Shown: positions 9,464-20,295, numbered from the stretch's first letter. The stretch is 64,000 nt of DNA from an uncultured delta proteobacterium (GCA_963826785.1 CAWGYD010000005.1:288001-352000), one strand, 5' to 3'. Program-made: numbers and translations. The notes: generated by a model not told the origin, from the sequence alone.

Positions 9464-10231
9464 ATGAACTGGATGGGAAAAATGGTGGGCGGCACCATCG
9501 GGTTTGCCCTGGGCGGCCCCATAGGTGCGGTGGCGGGTGCGGCTTTCGGCCATTTGTTTGACGGCGGTGAGGCGCCTGAAAAAAAAGAATGCGATCCCCA
9601 GGCACAGGCCCCGCCCACCCTGTCCAATGAAAAGGCCCAGATGACGTTTTTTCTGGCTGCATTTTCCATGCTGGGCAAGCTGGCCACTGCCGACGGGGAC
9701 GTCTCCGAACCGGAAATCAAGTCGGTCAACTCCTTCATGGCCGACGATCTTGCGTTAAACGAACAGAGCCGGCATGTGGCCGAACAGATTTTTCAGGCCG
9801 CCACCTGCTCTTCCGAAACGTTTGAAAGTTTCGCCCACCAGTTTTTTCAGCAGTTCAAGCACGAACAGCGGCTGCTGGAAATGATGATCGATATTTTGAT
9901 CCGTGTTTCCCTGGCCGATGGTCATCTTCAGGAAAACGAAGAAAAACTCATCTTGTCTGCGGTTCATACGTTCAAAATGAATCCGGGCACGTACGAGACC
10001 ATCAAAAGCCGGTATGTCCGGAATTCCGACCCGTATTATGCGATTCTTGGCGTCAGCCGCGATGATTCAGATGAAGAGATCAAAAAACAGTACCGTAAAC
10101 TGGCAATGGAAAACCATCCGGACACGGTAGCCGCCAAGGGGCTGCCCGACGAATTTAATTCCCTGGCACAGGAAAAATTCAGGGAAATACAGACCGCCTA
10201 TGAGGCCGTCAGAAAAGAGCGGGGCTTCTGA
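9464..10231 (+). CDS. djlA: DjlA-like co-chaperone (TerB + C-terminal J domain)
   Basis: [19 protein letters not shown]-terminus; DPYYAILGV...[14 protein letters not shown] domain. Confidence 0.9.
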   Translation: MNWMGKMVGGTIGFALGGPIGAVAGAAFGHLFDGGEAPEKKECDPQAQAPPTLSNEKAQMTFFLAAFSMLGKLATADGDVSEPEIKSVNSFMADDLALNEQSRHVAEQIFQAATCSSETFESFAHQFFQQFKHEQRLLEMMIDILIRVSLADGHLQENEEKLILSAVHTFKMNPGTYETIKSRYVRNSDPYYAILGVSRDDSDEEIKKQYRKLAMENHPDTVAAKGLPDEFNSLAQEKFREIQTAYEAVRKERGF

Positions 10232-10232
10232 T

Positions 10233-11729
10233 ATGATAAAGCTTGTTTCCGGGGATTTGCAGAAGATCGAGGCGCCTTTGCTGATTATCCCCGTCTGTGA
10301 AGACAAAAATCTTCATGATGATCCGGTCGTTCTGGATCTGTTGAAACCGCTGGCCCGGTATGACGAGTTTACCGGAAAATCCGGAGAAGAATTCATGTGG
10401 TTTCCCGCAAATCACATCAAAGCGGCACGGGTGTTGTTTGTCGGCATCGGAAAATCCGATAAACTCGACTTGGAAACATTTCGGGACTTTGCCGGAAGAG
10501 CCGTCAAGCGCGGAATCAAAAAAGAATTTGGCCGCATGGTATTGTGCGCACCGTCATTTGAAAAAATCAACATGCCCGCCCACTCGATTATCACGGCTTT
10601 AGCAGAAGGCGCCGTTCTGGCCAACCACGTCTTCGACCGGTACAAAAAGGAAAAGAAGAAAAAGTTGTTGTCCGATATACGGGTGTTTACGGATGCGCAA
10701 ACCGTGAAAACCGGCAAGCCGTGGGTCAAACAGGCCGAAATTATCTGCCAGGGGACGATCCTTGCCCGTGACTGGGTGAATACACCCCCCAACGACAAGC
10801 GGCCGGATCAATTTGTCCGGCTCATGCACAGGGCTGCGGAAAAAGAGAATTTGAAAATCACGGTTCTCGACGAAAAGGAACTCAAAAAAAATAAGATGGG
10901 CGGCATCCTGGCGGTGGGCGCCGGCAGCCAAAGCCGCCCGCGGATGATGATTATCGACTATCATCCCGCGCCGGAGACCCGATCCGCAAAGAAGGCCAAA
11001 ACGATTGCCCTGGTGGGAAAAGGGGTCACGTTTGATTCCGGGGGAATCAATTTGAAATCTTCGGGCGGTCTGGCGGACATGAAAATGGACATGGCCGGCG
11101 CCGCCGCCGTTGCCGCCGCCCTGATCACCGCGGCCCGGTTGTCTTTGGGCATGCGGGTGGTGGGGGTCATTCCGGTGGTGGAGAACATGGTGTCCGGCGA
11201 TGCGGTCCGGCCCGGGGATATTATTGCTTCCTATTCCGGAAAATCCGTGGAGATCGGCAACACGGATGCCGAAGGCCGCCTGATCCTGATGGATGCGCTC
11301 GCCTATGCGGTCAGAACATTCAAGCCGGATGCGGTGCTCGACATCGCCACCCTCACCGGCGCATGCATCGTGGCCCTGGGGGAAAAGATCGCCGGTGTGT
11401 TCTCACAGGATCAAAAACTGTCCGATGACATCGTGGCTTCCGGTGACGCCACCCACGAGCGGTGCTGGGCCATGCCCATGCCGGAAGACTACAAGGATAT
11501 GCTCAAAAGCGATCTGGCGGACATGAAAAATGTCGGGGCCGCACGCTGGGCGGGCTCCATTGTCGCGGCCCTGTTTTTGTCCGAATTTGTCGGAAATACC
11601 CGTTGGGCGCACATCGATATCGCCGGTCCGGCATTTGCCAAAAAAGACAACGGCTACTGCGGCCCGGGCGGAACCGGCTTCGGCGTCCGCCTCTTTATCG
11701 ACCTGCTGCAGAAATGGCAGTTGGATTGA
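10233..11729 (+). CDS. pepA: Leucyl aminopeptidase (M17)
   Basis: GKGVTFDSGG, MKMDMAG, NTDAEGRL, ATLTGA, WAHIDIAG. Confidence 0.96.
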   Translation: MIKLVSGDLQKIEAPLLIIPVCEDKNLHDDPVVLDLLKPLARYDEFTGKSGEEFMWFPANHIKAARVLFVGIGKSDKLDLETFRDFAGRAVKRGIKKEFGRMVLCAPSFEKINMPAHSIITALAEGAVLANHVFDRYKKEKKKKLLSDIRVFTDAQTVKTGKPWVKQAEIICQGTILARDWVNTPPNDKRPDQFVRLMHRAAEKENLKITVLDEKELKKNKMGGILAVGAGSQSRPRMMIIDYHPAPETRSAKKAKTIALVGKGVTFDSGGINLKSSGGLADMKMDMAGAAAVAAALITAARLSLGMRVVGVIPVVENMVSGDAVRPGDIIASYSGKSVEIGNTDAEGRLILMDALAYAVRTFKPDAVLDIATLTGACIVALGEKIAGVFSQDQKLSDDIVASGDATHERCWAMPMPEDYKDMLKSDLADMKNVGAARWAGSIVAALFLSEFVGNTRWAHIDIAGPAFAKKDNGYCGPGGTGFGVRLFIDLLQKWQLD

Positions 11730-11802
11730 TGGCTGAAAACCATTTGCGTTGTCCTTCGCAAAACATCAGGGGTGGTTAGGGGTAGGGGCGGCAGCGGGTC
11801 GT

Positions 11803-12026
11803 AACACCCCCCTTTATCCCCCCTGAAGGGGGGAATTTTTATGTTGCATGACATCGATCTATTCCCCCATACACGGGGTGATTCCTAAACACGGGGGTGA
11901 ATTCTATCTTTATCCCCACAAACCTATTATTCCCCCCTTGAGGGGGGGCAGGGGGGGTGTTTCCCCTCGCGGGTTAGCAGGGGGGGTGTTGCCCCTGAAG
12001 GGCTCAGGGGTGTTACCCCTTGGGGC
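11803..12026. repeat. Inverted pair of family-C REPs plus degenerate tail
   Basis: AACACCCCCCTTTATCCCCCCTGAAGGGGGGAATT ... ATTCCCCCCTTGAGGGGGGGCAGGGGGGTGT. Confidence 0.8.
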
Positions 12027-12199
12027 CGGCCGGTGGGCTGTCGCTCCCATCCAAAAATAGATTTCTCCCACATCTGAACGGATACGGTCTTTTTTGATTT
12101 TTTCTTTGCATCTTCCGTAGATTTGACTATATTGCAGTTCTTCATCAAAAAGTCGAATCGCCTGCTGACATTCATCAAAAATTATCGGGAAAAAGGATC

Positions 12200-13225
12200 G
12201 TGACGGAATATAAAAACGTGCTGGTGACCGGCGCTGCCGGGTTTATCGGGTTTCATCTGTGCCGCCGTCTGCTGGAAGAGGGATGCCGGGTGACCGGTCT
12301 GGACAATCTGTGTGACTACTATGATGTCAATCTGAAAAAAGACCGCCTGGCACAGCTTCACCCCTATGAGCGGTTCAGTTTTGTTCAAACGGATTTAAGC
12401 GATCTTGCAGCGCTGACCCACGTATTTGCGGAAAGCGGATTTGACGTGGTGGTAAACCTGGCGGCCCAGGCCGGGGTCCGCTATTCCCTGACCAATCCCC
12501 ATGCCTATGTGAGTGCCAACCTGGTGGGATTTGTCAATCTCCTGGAATGCTGCCGTCATCACCAGATCAAGCACCTGGTGTTTGCCTCATCGAGTTCGGT
12601 TTACGGCGCCAATACCAACATGCCGTTTTCCGTGCATGACAATGTGGACCACCCGGTCTCCATCTATGCGGCCACCAAAAAATCAAATGAACTCATGGCC
12701 CACACCTACAGCCATCTCTACGATCTTCCCTGCACGGGCTTGCGCTTTTTCACGGTATACGGCCCCTGGGGGCGGCCGGACATGGCCCTTTTTCTGTTCA
12801 CCAAAGCTATTCTGGACAAACAGCCCATCCATGTGTTCAACCATGGACGCATGCGCCGGGATTTCACCTACATCGACGACATCATCGAAGGCGTGGTCCG
12901 GGTCATGGGGCACCTGCCGGCTGCAAATCCGGACTGGTCCGGTCAATCGCCCGATCCCGGCACCTCCTATGCGAAATACCGGATCTATAATATCGGCAAC
13001 AACCAGCCGGTGGAGCTGTCCCGCTTTATCGAAGTGATCGAAGAGATGCTGGGGCAAAAAGCGGAAAAATTGTATGAAGACCTGCAGCCGGGGGATGTGA
13101 AGGAGACCTATGCAGATATCGATGATCTGCATCATGCCGTGGGTTTCAGGCCGATCACTTCCATCGAGACCGGCATCAAACGGTTTATCGACTGGTATCA
13201 AAAATATTACGGCCAGGCAACATAG
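12200..13225 (+). CDS. NAD-dependent epimerase (UDP-glucuronate 4-epimerase-like)
   Basis: VTGAAGFIG, NLAAQAGVRYS, ASSSSVYG, YAATKK, FFTVYGPWGRPDMA. Confidence 0.93.
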   Translation: MTEYKNVLVTGAAGFIGFHLCRRLLEEGCRVTGLDNLCDYYDVNLKKDRLAQLHPYERFSFVQTDLSDLAALTHVFAESGFDVVVNLAAQAGVRYSLTNPHAYVSANLVGFVNLLECCRHHQIKHLVFASSSSVYGANTNMPFSVHDNVDHPVSIYAATKKSNELMAHTYSHLYDLPCTGLRFFTVYGPWGRPDMALFLFTKAILDKQPIHVFNHGRMRRDFTYIDDIIEGVVRVMGHLPAANPDWSGQSPDPGTSYAKYRIYNIGNNQPVELSRFIEVIEEMLGQKAEKLYEDLQPGDVKETYADIDDLHHAVGFRPITSIETGIKRFIDWYQKYYGQAT

Positions 13226-13242
13226 GGGCAACCCCACGGCCC

Positions 13243-13605
13243 AACACCCCCCTTTAATTCCCCCCTCAAAGGGGGACTGAGGGAATGTACGGACCGCCGG
13301 CGGGGCTAAACAATAGCGAATTATCAAAAGAAAGCTCTCGACCCCGCTGCGCAATGTTTTTGCAGGAAGGAAATTTCGAATTTTAACGCCCACCGTCAAT
13401 GCCCCTCCCCTTAATTCCCCCATACAAGGGGGGACTGAGGGAATGTACGGACCGCCGGCGGGGCTAAACAATAGCGAATTATCAAAAGAAAGCTCTCGAC
13501 CCCGCTGCGCGATGTTTTGCAGGAAGGAATTTTTGAATCCGAACGGCCACCATCAGTGCCTCCTCCCCTTAATTCCCCCCTCGAGGGGGGCGAAGGGGGG
13601 TGTCG
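13243..13605. repeat. Family-C REPs bounding a ~157-bp tandem duplication
   Basis: Units ~13256-13412 and ~13413-13570 both start AATTCCCC..AAGGGGGACTGAGGGAATGTACGGACC. Confidence 0.85.
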
Positions 13606-13694
13606 GCCTTCCGGAAACCAAAAAATTCATTATTGAAGTTCCGTGCTTAGTCAATTTCCTTAAAAGCGGAATTCAGGGGGTTTTTATTTAATCC

Positions 13695-13895
13695 ATGCAG
13701 AAACTGCTGATCCTCATCGGAATTGCCGTCATCCTGATCGGCCTGGCCTGGCCCTGGCTGGGAAAACTCCCCCTGGGCCGTCTTCCCGGCGATATCATCA
13801 TCAGCCGCCCCGGATTCAAATTCTATTTCCCCGTCACCACTATGATCCTTGTCAGCATCATTCTTTCACTGATCATGTGGCTCCTTCGCAAATAA
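13695..13895 (+). CDS. DUF2905-like small membrane protein
   Basis: LGRLPGDI...FYFPVTTMILVSIILSL pattern. Confidence 0.85.
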   Translation: MQKLLILIGIAVILIGLAWPWLGKLPLGRLPGDIIISRPGFKFYFPVTTMILVSIILSLIMWLLRK

Positions 13896-14031
13896 GCCTT
13901 TTGCCCGCTTCCATTCTTCCCGTCGGTGTTTGATGTCAGGTTCCTCTGGTAAATCCTCGAAAACACGGTTGACAGAGAGAATCTGCCGCATTAAAGTAGT
14001 TTTAAAGCCTACTTTACTGGAGGGACAATAT

Positions 14032-14280
14032 ATGAAAACCATTACGGCTGCCAATGCGAATCGCGGGTTTTCCAAATTGCTGCGTGAAGTGAGAAAGGGG
14101 GAAGAAGTCACCATTTTGTCGAGAGGTACGCCCGTGGCCAAAATCATTTCTGTTCATCAAGAGACGCTTCAAAAAAATGCAATGAAGAATCTCCTGTTGA
14201 CCCGATTAAAAGCCCAGGCGGTAACGGGATCTCGGAATTGGACCCGTGACGAATTATATGATGACCCTCCATGCGCGTAG
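14032..14280 (+). CDS. Phd/YefM-family antitoxin
   Basis: MKTITAANANRGFSKLLREVRKGEEVTILSRGTPVAKI; RBS GGAGG; inverted repeat TAAAGTAG/CTACTTTA upstream. Confidence 0.88.
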   Translation: MKTITAANANRGFSKLLREVRKGEEVTILSRGTPVAKIISVHQETLQKNAMKNLLLTRLKAQAVTGSRNWTRDELYDDPPCA

Positions 14281-14720
14281 CCCTGGATACGAATATAATC
14301 GCCTATGCCGAAGGAATCGGAGATGCTTCCCGCTGCGCCGATGCCATCCGGCTGATTGAACAATTGCCCGCCGAAATTATTCTGCTTCCCGCCCAAACTT
14401 TGGGGGAACTTTTCCGGGTCCTGACCGGAAAGGCAAAACGGGAGGCCGGGCTTGCACGAGAGGCGATTATGACATGGGCCGATAGCTTTGAAGTTGCCGA
14501 TTCATCATGGACGGCTTTCCAGGCTGCGATGGATCTGGTGGTTGATCACCGGTTACAGATCTGGGACGCTTTAATCATGTCTGTTGCAGCCGAAAATCAC
14601 TGTCGCCTCCTCTTGAGCGAAGACTTGCAAAACGGATTCATCTGGAGAGGTGTCACCGTGGTTAATCCCTTTGCTACGCCATCTTCCCCGCTGCTCGATA
14701 ATCTTCTGCAAACCGGTTGA
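14271..14720 (+). CDS. vapC: VapC/PIN-domain toxin
   Basis: VALDTNIIAYA...IWDALI...LLSEDLQNG...VVNPF. Confidence 0.9.
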   Translation: MRVALDTNIIAYAEGIGDASRCADAIRLIEQLPAEIILLPAQTLGELFRVLTGKAKREAGLAREAIMTWADSFEVADSSWTAFQAAMDLVVDHRLQIWDALIMSVAAENHCRLLLSEDLQNGFIWRGVTVVNPFATPSSPLLDNLLQTG

Positions 14721-14757
14721 CCTCAAAGCATAATCCGTCGTTTTTTCGAAACACCGG

Positions 14758-16584
14758 TCAATTGCTCAACACCTCCCGCATCTGCATCCGCCAGCTTTCC
14801 GCGTATCTTCCGCCGTTTTCAACCAGCTGTTCATGTGCCCCGGATTCGACAATCCGGCCGTCTTCCATGACATGAATGATATCCGCATGCATGGCCGTGG
14901 TGAATCGATGGGTGATGATCAAAACGGTGTGCCCTGCGCTCAGTTCCCGGAACCGGGCCAGCCATTCGGCTTCGGCCCAGGAATCCATGGCACTGGTGGG
15001 TTCGTCTAAAACAATGATGGACGCATCCCGGAAAAATGCCCGCGCCAGGGCAAGCCGCTGCCATTCACCCACGGAAAGCTCCGCCCCGCCGAACCATTTC
15101 CCCAGAACCGTATCATATCCCAGTGGCAGCTTTCTGATGATCGATTTCATGCCAGACGCCTGGGCCGCTGCATCAATTTTATCCTTATCATCAGCGTCAT
15201 CCAGCGACCCCAACGTGATATTTTCTGCGGCAGTCGTGTGATAATGAACCGGCTCCTGAAACAGGACCGTGATCTGCCGCCGCAATGATGCCAGGTCCAT
15301 CTCCCGCAGATCCTTGCCGTCCACCCGGATTTTGCCTGTTTGCGGATCATAGAACCGGCACAGCAACTTGATCAGCGTGCTTTTGCCGGACCCATTGTGC
15401 CCGACGATGGCCGTTACCCGACCGGCTTCAAGTGAAAGTGAAAAGTTTTCAACAGCAAAACGCTCACTTCCCGGATATGTAAAGGATACATCTTCAAACC
15501 GGATTTCCCGGCGCACTTCAAAATGAGCAGCTTCGGCCGATGGGTTGTCGTTGACTTGGGATTCGATGGCCAGAAATTGAAAGAGGTTTTCCAGAAAAAG
15601 GGTGCTGCGGTAGATCTGCCCCGTGCTGGAGAGCATGGAGCGGAGTAAGGCCTGCCCCTGCTGAAATGCCTGGTAGCACAGCACCAGGTCGCCCAACTGC
15701 GCCACGCCCCGCAGGGTGCGAAGCAGCATCCATCCGATGCCGATCAGTCCGCCGCTCCAGGCGACCAGCCCCGCGATCAGTTCGGTCTTCATCTCATCCC
15801 GGGCCAGTCTGAGGCGTCCGGAGCGAAGGCGTGAACGCACACGCCGATACTGATCCCGGAAATGCGGCCCCAAACCGAACAATCGGACTTCTGCAGCGCT
15901 TTCCCTCTCCGTCATCAGCCAGTCATAATACCGCACCAGCCGGTTGTTGATGGTGTTCTTCACCCGCCACTTATGTTCCCGCAGGACGAAGTTTCCCACC
16001 ACCCACAGGCCGGGCAGGGCGCTTGCGATCAGCAGCAGCGGCATCCAGAAGGCGTATCCCGCCAAAAGAACGGCCAGGGCCAGCAGCGTGACGGAGTTTT
16101 GGATGAAATTTCCAAGGTTTTCCAGAAGATTCAGCGGTTGATGGATGGCATCCACGCTGGCGCGATACAGCAGGTCATAGGAGTCCGGATGATCGTAAAA
16201 GGACATATCCAGGCCCAGTGCCTTTGCGTGGATCAGGTCATTGATGTGGTCCTGGACAAATTCGGCCTGAACGGTCCGTGCCCGGTTCACCAGGCTGGAG
16301 AGCACCTGGCTGAGGACCCACAATACGCCCATCACCGCTACGGGTGCCCACACCGGTGAGAATTTATCAAAAACTGTCCCGGGCGTTCCGGCGGCTCCCG
16401 CCAGAATATTGACCACGTACCGGATCATGTACACCAGCGCGGCCGGCACCAGTCCCTGGAGCAGAAGGAGCATGCCCCACAAAAGGGTCCATTGCCGCGC
16501 GGCCCGCCACACCAGCCGGATGCCCCGGCCCATTAACGGCAATCGTGAAAGAAATTCATTTAATGCGGCTTTTAGCATGATCAA
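14758..16584 (-). CDS. ABC transporter, fused permease/ATP-binding (peptide-export type)
   Basis: N-terminal TM segments; GHNGSGKST, LSVGEWQRLALARA, VLDEPTS, ITHRF. Confidence 0.92.
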   Translation of the reverse strand: MIMLKAALNEFLSRLPLMGRGIRLVWRAARQWTLLWGMLLLLQGLVPAALVYMIRYVVNILAGAAGTPGTVFDKFSPVWAPVAVMGVLWVLSQVLSSLVNRARTVQAEFVQDHINDLIHAKALGLDMSFYDHPDSYDLLYRASVDAIHQPLNLLENLGNFIQNSVTLLALAVLLAGYAFWMPLLLIASALPGLWVVGNFVLREHKWRVKNTINNRLVRYYDWLMTERESAAEVRLFGLGPHFRDQYRRVRSRLRSGRLRLARDEMKTELIAGLVAWSGGLIGIGWMLLRTLRGVAQLGDLVLCYQAFQQGQALLRSMLSSTGQIYRSTLFLENLFQFLAIESQVNDNPSAEAAHFEVRREIRFEDVSFTYPGSERFAVENFSLSLEAGRVTAIVGHNGSGKSTLIKLLCRFYDPQTGKIRVDGKDLREMDLASLRRQITVLFQEPVHYHTTAAENITLGSLDDADDKDKIDAAAQASGMKSIIRKLPLGYDTVLGKWFGGAELSVGEWQRLALARAFFRDASIIVLDEPTSAMDSWAEAEWLARFRELSAGHTVLIITHRFTTAMHADIIHVMEDGRIVESGAHEQLVENGGRYAESWRMQMREVLSN

Positions 16585-16723
16585 TCTATGATGAAATTGA
16601 AAGAAATCGGTTCAATATTGATGAAGCCGTAAAAAGTCGGATTTTACGCTTTCGTCATTCCGGCGGAGGCCGGAATCTACAACAAACTAAGTTGGTTATA
16701 GACTCCGGTTTTCACCGGAATGA

Positions 16724-18571
16724 GTGCGTCCGTAAAGGCGCCATATCAGCACGGTGTAAGTCCGTGTCGGGGTAAGCCAAGGCCCCGTAGTCGAGGGTAA
16801 CTGCGTCACCGCGAGGTGGGGTGGAGAGCAACCGGAGACGAACTGGCGGTCCGCAGGATGACGAACTTGATTCGGCGGGATGCAGCGACGAGCCTGCTCA
16901 TTCATGGTGAAGTCCGAAAATCGTCCGGTACGCTGGGTATTGGCGCGTAAAGCGGTGCCGGGGCGCATCACGTGGTTGGAGGTGGAACGCCGGAAAGGTG
17001 TGGCGAGATAAGCGGAGAGACCTGTTTGCGAGGTGACGCAGGCAGGAGTCAGAGCCTTCATAGTACCGAAGCAGCCGATGCTGCGGAAAGCGCGGGAAGC
17101 AAAACCGTGCCGAGGGAAGGGAGGCAGGAAGGTAGATGCGTGAAATCCAACGACAGGCAAAGCATAAGCAAAGCGCCGGCAGTGCCGGTAACGGCTAAGC
17201 AAGGCGCAGAGACCGGGCATCGGGACTGGTGCTGGGTGGAAGCCTCGATTTGGACGCCGCGCATGCTGGCGGCGCTGGAAAACGGCGTCAAAGGAGGCAA
17301 GTGGTTCAGCTTGATCGACAAGCTGGTTCGTCCCGGCACCCTGGAACTGGCGTGGCACAAGGTCGCGCGAAACAAGGGGGCGGCCGGAGTGGACGGGCAG
17401 AGCGTTGAGCGGTTTTCGTTGAAGGCGGATAAATATCTTAAGGAGCTGGAAGAAGCATTGAAGGCCGGCACTTACCGGCCGCAGCCGGTCAAGCGCGTGG
17501 AGATACCCAAAGGGCCGGGTCGCACTCGACCCCTGGGCATTCCGGCGGTAAAAGACCGCATCGTACAAACTGCGCTGAAGCTGGTAATAGAGCCGATTTT
17601 CGAATGGGACTTTCTGGATTCGAGCTATGGCTTTCGACCTGGACGCGGATGCAAAGACGCCCTGCGGGAGGTAGACGGTTTGATTAAGGCAGGCTACACG
17701 CACGTTGTGGACGCCGACCTTGCGAGCTACTTTGACACCATTCCGCATGACCGATTGATGATCCGAGTGCAGGAGCGCATCAGCGACGGGCGTATTCTGG
17801 ATCTGATTCGGGGATACCTGGGTCAGGATATCGTCCGTGGGCTGGAGCGCTGGACGCCGACCGGAGGAACTCCGCAAGGTGCGGTGATCAGTCCCCTGCT
17901 GGCGAACCTGTACCTGCATCCGCTGGATGTGCTGATGCGGACAAAAGGTTATCGCATGGTCCGATACGCAGATGACTTTGTGGTGATGTGTCCCAGTGCA
18001 GAGGCAGCGCAGTCGGCCCTGGCCGACATACGCGCCTGGGTAAAAGAAAATGAACTTACCCTGCATCCGGACAAAACCCACGTGGGAGACTGCACAGTAG
18101 AAGGACAAGGCTTTGACTTCCTGGGTTACCGGTTTGAAGCCGGAAAGCGATGGGTTCGAAAGAAAAGCCTCAAGTCCCTGCGGGAGCGTATACGGGCCAA
18201 AACCGGCCGATCCCGTGGAGAGAGCCTGGACCAGATAATAGGCAGTTTGAATCCGATGCTCATAGGTTGGTTTGGCTACTTCAAACATGCGAATCCATTT
18301 ACCTTTAAGATGATTGATGGTTTTGTCCGCCGCCGACTGCGATCTGTCTTGCGCAAACAAAAGCGACGACCGGGTATGGGTCGCTGCCTGGCCGATCATA
18401 AACGCTGGCCTAATGCATTTTTCGCTGAGCACGGGCTTTTCACCTTAACCGAAGCCCATGCTGTGGCGCGCCAGTCACGATGTTGAAACTACCAACTGGA
18501 GAGCCGTGTGCGGGAGAACCGCACGCACGGTTCGGAGGGCGGGGAGGGCGAGAGCCTTTCCCGACCCCTAT
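16724..18571 (+). mobile_element. Group II intron (retroelement)
   Basis: 5' GTGCG at 16724; domain V GAGCCGTGTGCGGGAGAACCGCACGCACGGTTC and domain VI ending CCCTAT at 18571; removal restores the MITE sequence CCGGAATGA|CGAAAGCG. Confidence 0.93.
16972..18486 (+). CDS. ltrA: Group II intron reverse transcriptase/maturase, no endonuclease domain (true start probably further downstream)
   Basis: NKGAAGVDG, RPLGIP..KDR, SYGFRPGR, GTPQGAVISPLLAN, RYADDF, FDFLGY; ends after domain X. Confidence 0.95.
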   Translation: MVGGGTPERCGEISGETCLRGDAGRSQSLHSTEAADAAESAGSKTVPREGRQEGRCVKSNDRQSISKAPAVPVTAKQGAETGHRDWCWVEASIWTPRMLAALENGVKGGKWFSLIDKLVRPGTLELAWHKVARNKGAAGVDGQSVERFSLKADKYLKELEEALKAGTYRPQPVKRVEIPKGPGRTRPLGIPAVKDRIVQTALKLVIEPIFEWDFLDSSYGFRPGRGCKDALREVDGLIKAGYTHVVDADLASYFDTIPHDRLMIRVQERISDGRILDLIRGYLGQDIVRGLERWTPTGGTPQGAVISPLLANLYLHPLDVLMRTKGYRMVRYADDFVVMCPSAEAAQSALADIRAWVKENELTLHPDKTHVGDCTVEGQGFDFLGYRFEAGKRWVRKKSLKSLRERIRAKTGRSRGESLDQIIGSLNPMLIGWFGYFKHANPFTFKMIDGFVRRRLRSVLRKQKRRPGMGRCLADHKRWPNAFFAEHGLFTLTEAHAVARQSRC

Positions 18572-18683
18572 CGAAAGCGTAAATTCGGACTTTTTACGGG
18601 TTCATCAATATTGATTCTCTATATAATCGATATGTTTGCTTAGCCGGACGGTCCGACACCCCCCTTTATCCCCCCTGGAGGGG

Positions 18684-18928
18684 CATAAGCGCTGACTTAA
18701 CGCATAGTATCCCCCCCGTAATCATCCTTTATGTCATTCCGGCAGTCTTTTAGCCGGAATCCAATGAATAGCAAAGGGTGCCGTTTCTTTTATTTGCAAG
18801 AATGTATACCGCTGGTTGCCTGTTCATTTCGTCTTCCTGGATTCCGGCTTAAAGACTGCCGGAATGACGCTCTTAAGAGGAACGACAAATTAGAAGATAT
18901 TGCATCGGTCATTAAGTTAGCGCCTATG
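18684..18928 (-). mobile_element. Element B copy 3: internally deleted (245 bp), only ~18 GIY-YIG codons remain
   Basis: Same TIRs (1 mismatch each); 11-bp TSD CCCTGGAGGGG at 18673-18683 and 18929-18939; inserted in a family-C REP. Confidence 0.9.
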
Positions 18929-19357
18929 CCCTGGAGGGGGGAATTTTCCGATATCCCCCACTCCCCCCTTGAGGGGGGAATTAAAGGGGGGGTGTTTCGG
19001 CGTCAGCCACAACGCAATCACAGATAGTCTTATACTGTAAAAACAACCTATGGTTATGCGGAAGTTACACACTTCGCGGCATATTCACATAAACACTTTT
19101 CCCATTCAACCTTTATCTTTTCGTCGATTCCCTTCAGGAGGGGGGATAAAGGGGGAGTGCAAGCCGAACACAGGTAACACTTTGGAGCTTTAACTCAAAA
19201 AAAACTGGATTCCGGATAAAAGCCTCCCGGAATGACTTAAAAGAGAAAATCCTGAATTTGTTAGGTCCCAACAAAGATTGACAACTCAATCCCTTTACAA
19301 TATTTTAATTTCATATTCAGACGGGAATTTGCAGCTTAAATTCAAACAATCAATGTT

Positions 19358-19488
19358 GATGAAGCCGTAAAAAGTCGGTTTTACGCTTTCGTCATTCCGG
19401 CGGAGGCCGGAATCTACTACAAACTAAGCTGGTTATAGACTCCGGTTTTCACCGGAGTGACGAACTTCGGACTTTTTGCGGGTTCATC
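19358..19488. mobile_element. MITE A copy 3 (131 bp)
   Basis: Non-palindromic TSD AATGTT at 19352-19357 and 19489-19494. Confidence 0.9.
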
Positions 19489-19515
19489 AATGTTTATTAA
19501 ATCAAGAGAGAAACG

Positions 19516-19731
19516 ATGAGAGGCGAACTTACCGCTATAATTGAAAAGGCCCCCGGAGGTGGATATTGGGCCATTTGTCCGGAAATTCCTGGTGCCAATG
19601 GACAAGGTGAAACCATCGAAGAAACAAAAGATAATTTAAAAGAGGCTGTTCTGCTTATTCTGGAGGACCGGCTTGAAGACATCAAACGGGGCCTTCCCGA
19701 TGACATCATTCAGGATACGATAGCTCTCTGA
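19516..19731 (+). CDS. hicB: HicB-family antitoxin
   Basis: YWAICPEIPGANGQGETIEETKDNLKEAV motif. Confidence 0.88.
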   Translation: MRGELTAIIEKAPGGGYWAICPEIPGANGQGETIEETKDNLKEAVLLILEDRLEDIKRGLPDDIIQDTIAL

Positions 19732-19911
19732 TGAAACGAAAAGATCTTGAAAAAATGTTGCGTTTAGCCGGCTGTTATCTGAAGAGAGAAGGAAAAATCA
19801 CATTCCTTATGGATTAACCCCAGAACAGGCGTTTTGGAAGCCGTACCAAGGCATGCGGAATTAAAAGAACCTTTGGCAAGAAAGATCTTGAAAAGTTTAG
19901 ACGCAGCATAA
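19731..19911 (+). pseudogene. hicA: HicA-family toxin, +1 frameshift in an A run (~19793-19797)
   Basis: Removing one A gives MKRKDLEKMLRLAGCYLKREGKSHSLWINPRTGVLEAVPRHAELKEPLARKILKSLDAA. Confidence 0.82.
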
Positions 19912-20295
19912 TTCGACTTAACCCATCGCATCACCCCAGCGAGCATCCCCAGCGAGCATCCCCCAGCGAGCATCCCCCCAACGTCATTCCGGAGATCTTT
20001 TATCCGGAATCCATCTCCTTCATCCGGCATTCCGGCCCGATCCCACAAACATCTTGACAACACTGGTACCGGTCACCCACAACGTTAATTTCTTCTTTCA
20101 TAGCAATCCATTCCCCATACAAGGAGGGCGCCCACAATCCATTCCCCCCTCGAGATGTGCGCCCAATCTCCATTCCTCCCCTTGAAAAGTGGAAGCCATT
20201 TTTCAAATCGTTGACGGGCCGGACCAAAAACTAATGATTATTTATTGCATATCCCCTCCAGCAAGTATATATTAAATGCCATTACTGGAGGAAAT

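Larger units (their letters stand above)
16620..18606. mobile_element. MITE A copy 2, interrupted by a group II intron
   Basis: MITE left part 16620-16723, right part 18572-18606; TSD AATATT at 16614-16619 and 18607-18612. Confidence 0.88.

Noticed and set aside
16696..18432. 578-aa antisense ORF over the intron, and similar long shadow ORFs (e.g. 48578-50236, 45-704)
   Set aside because: Opposite-strand or off-frame shadows of well-supported GC-rich genes, with no recognisable motifs.
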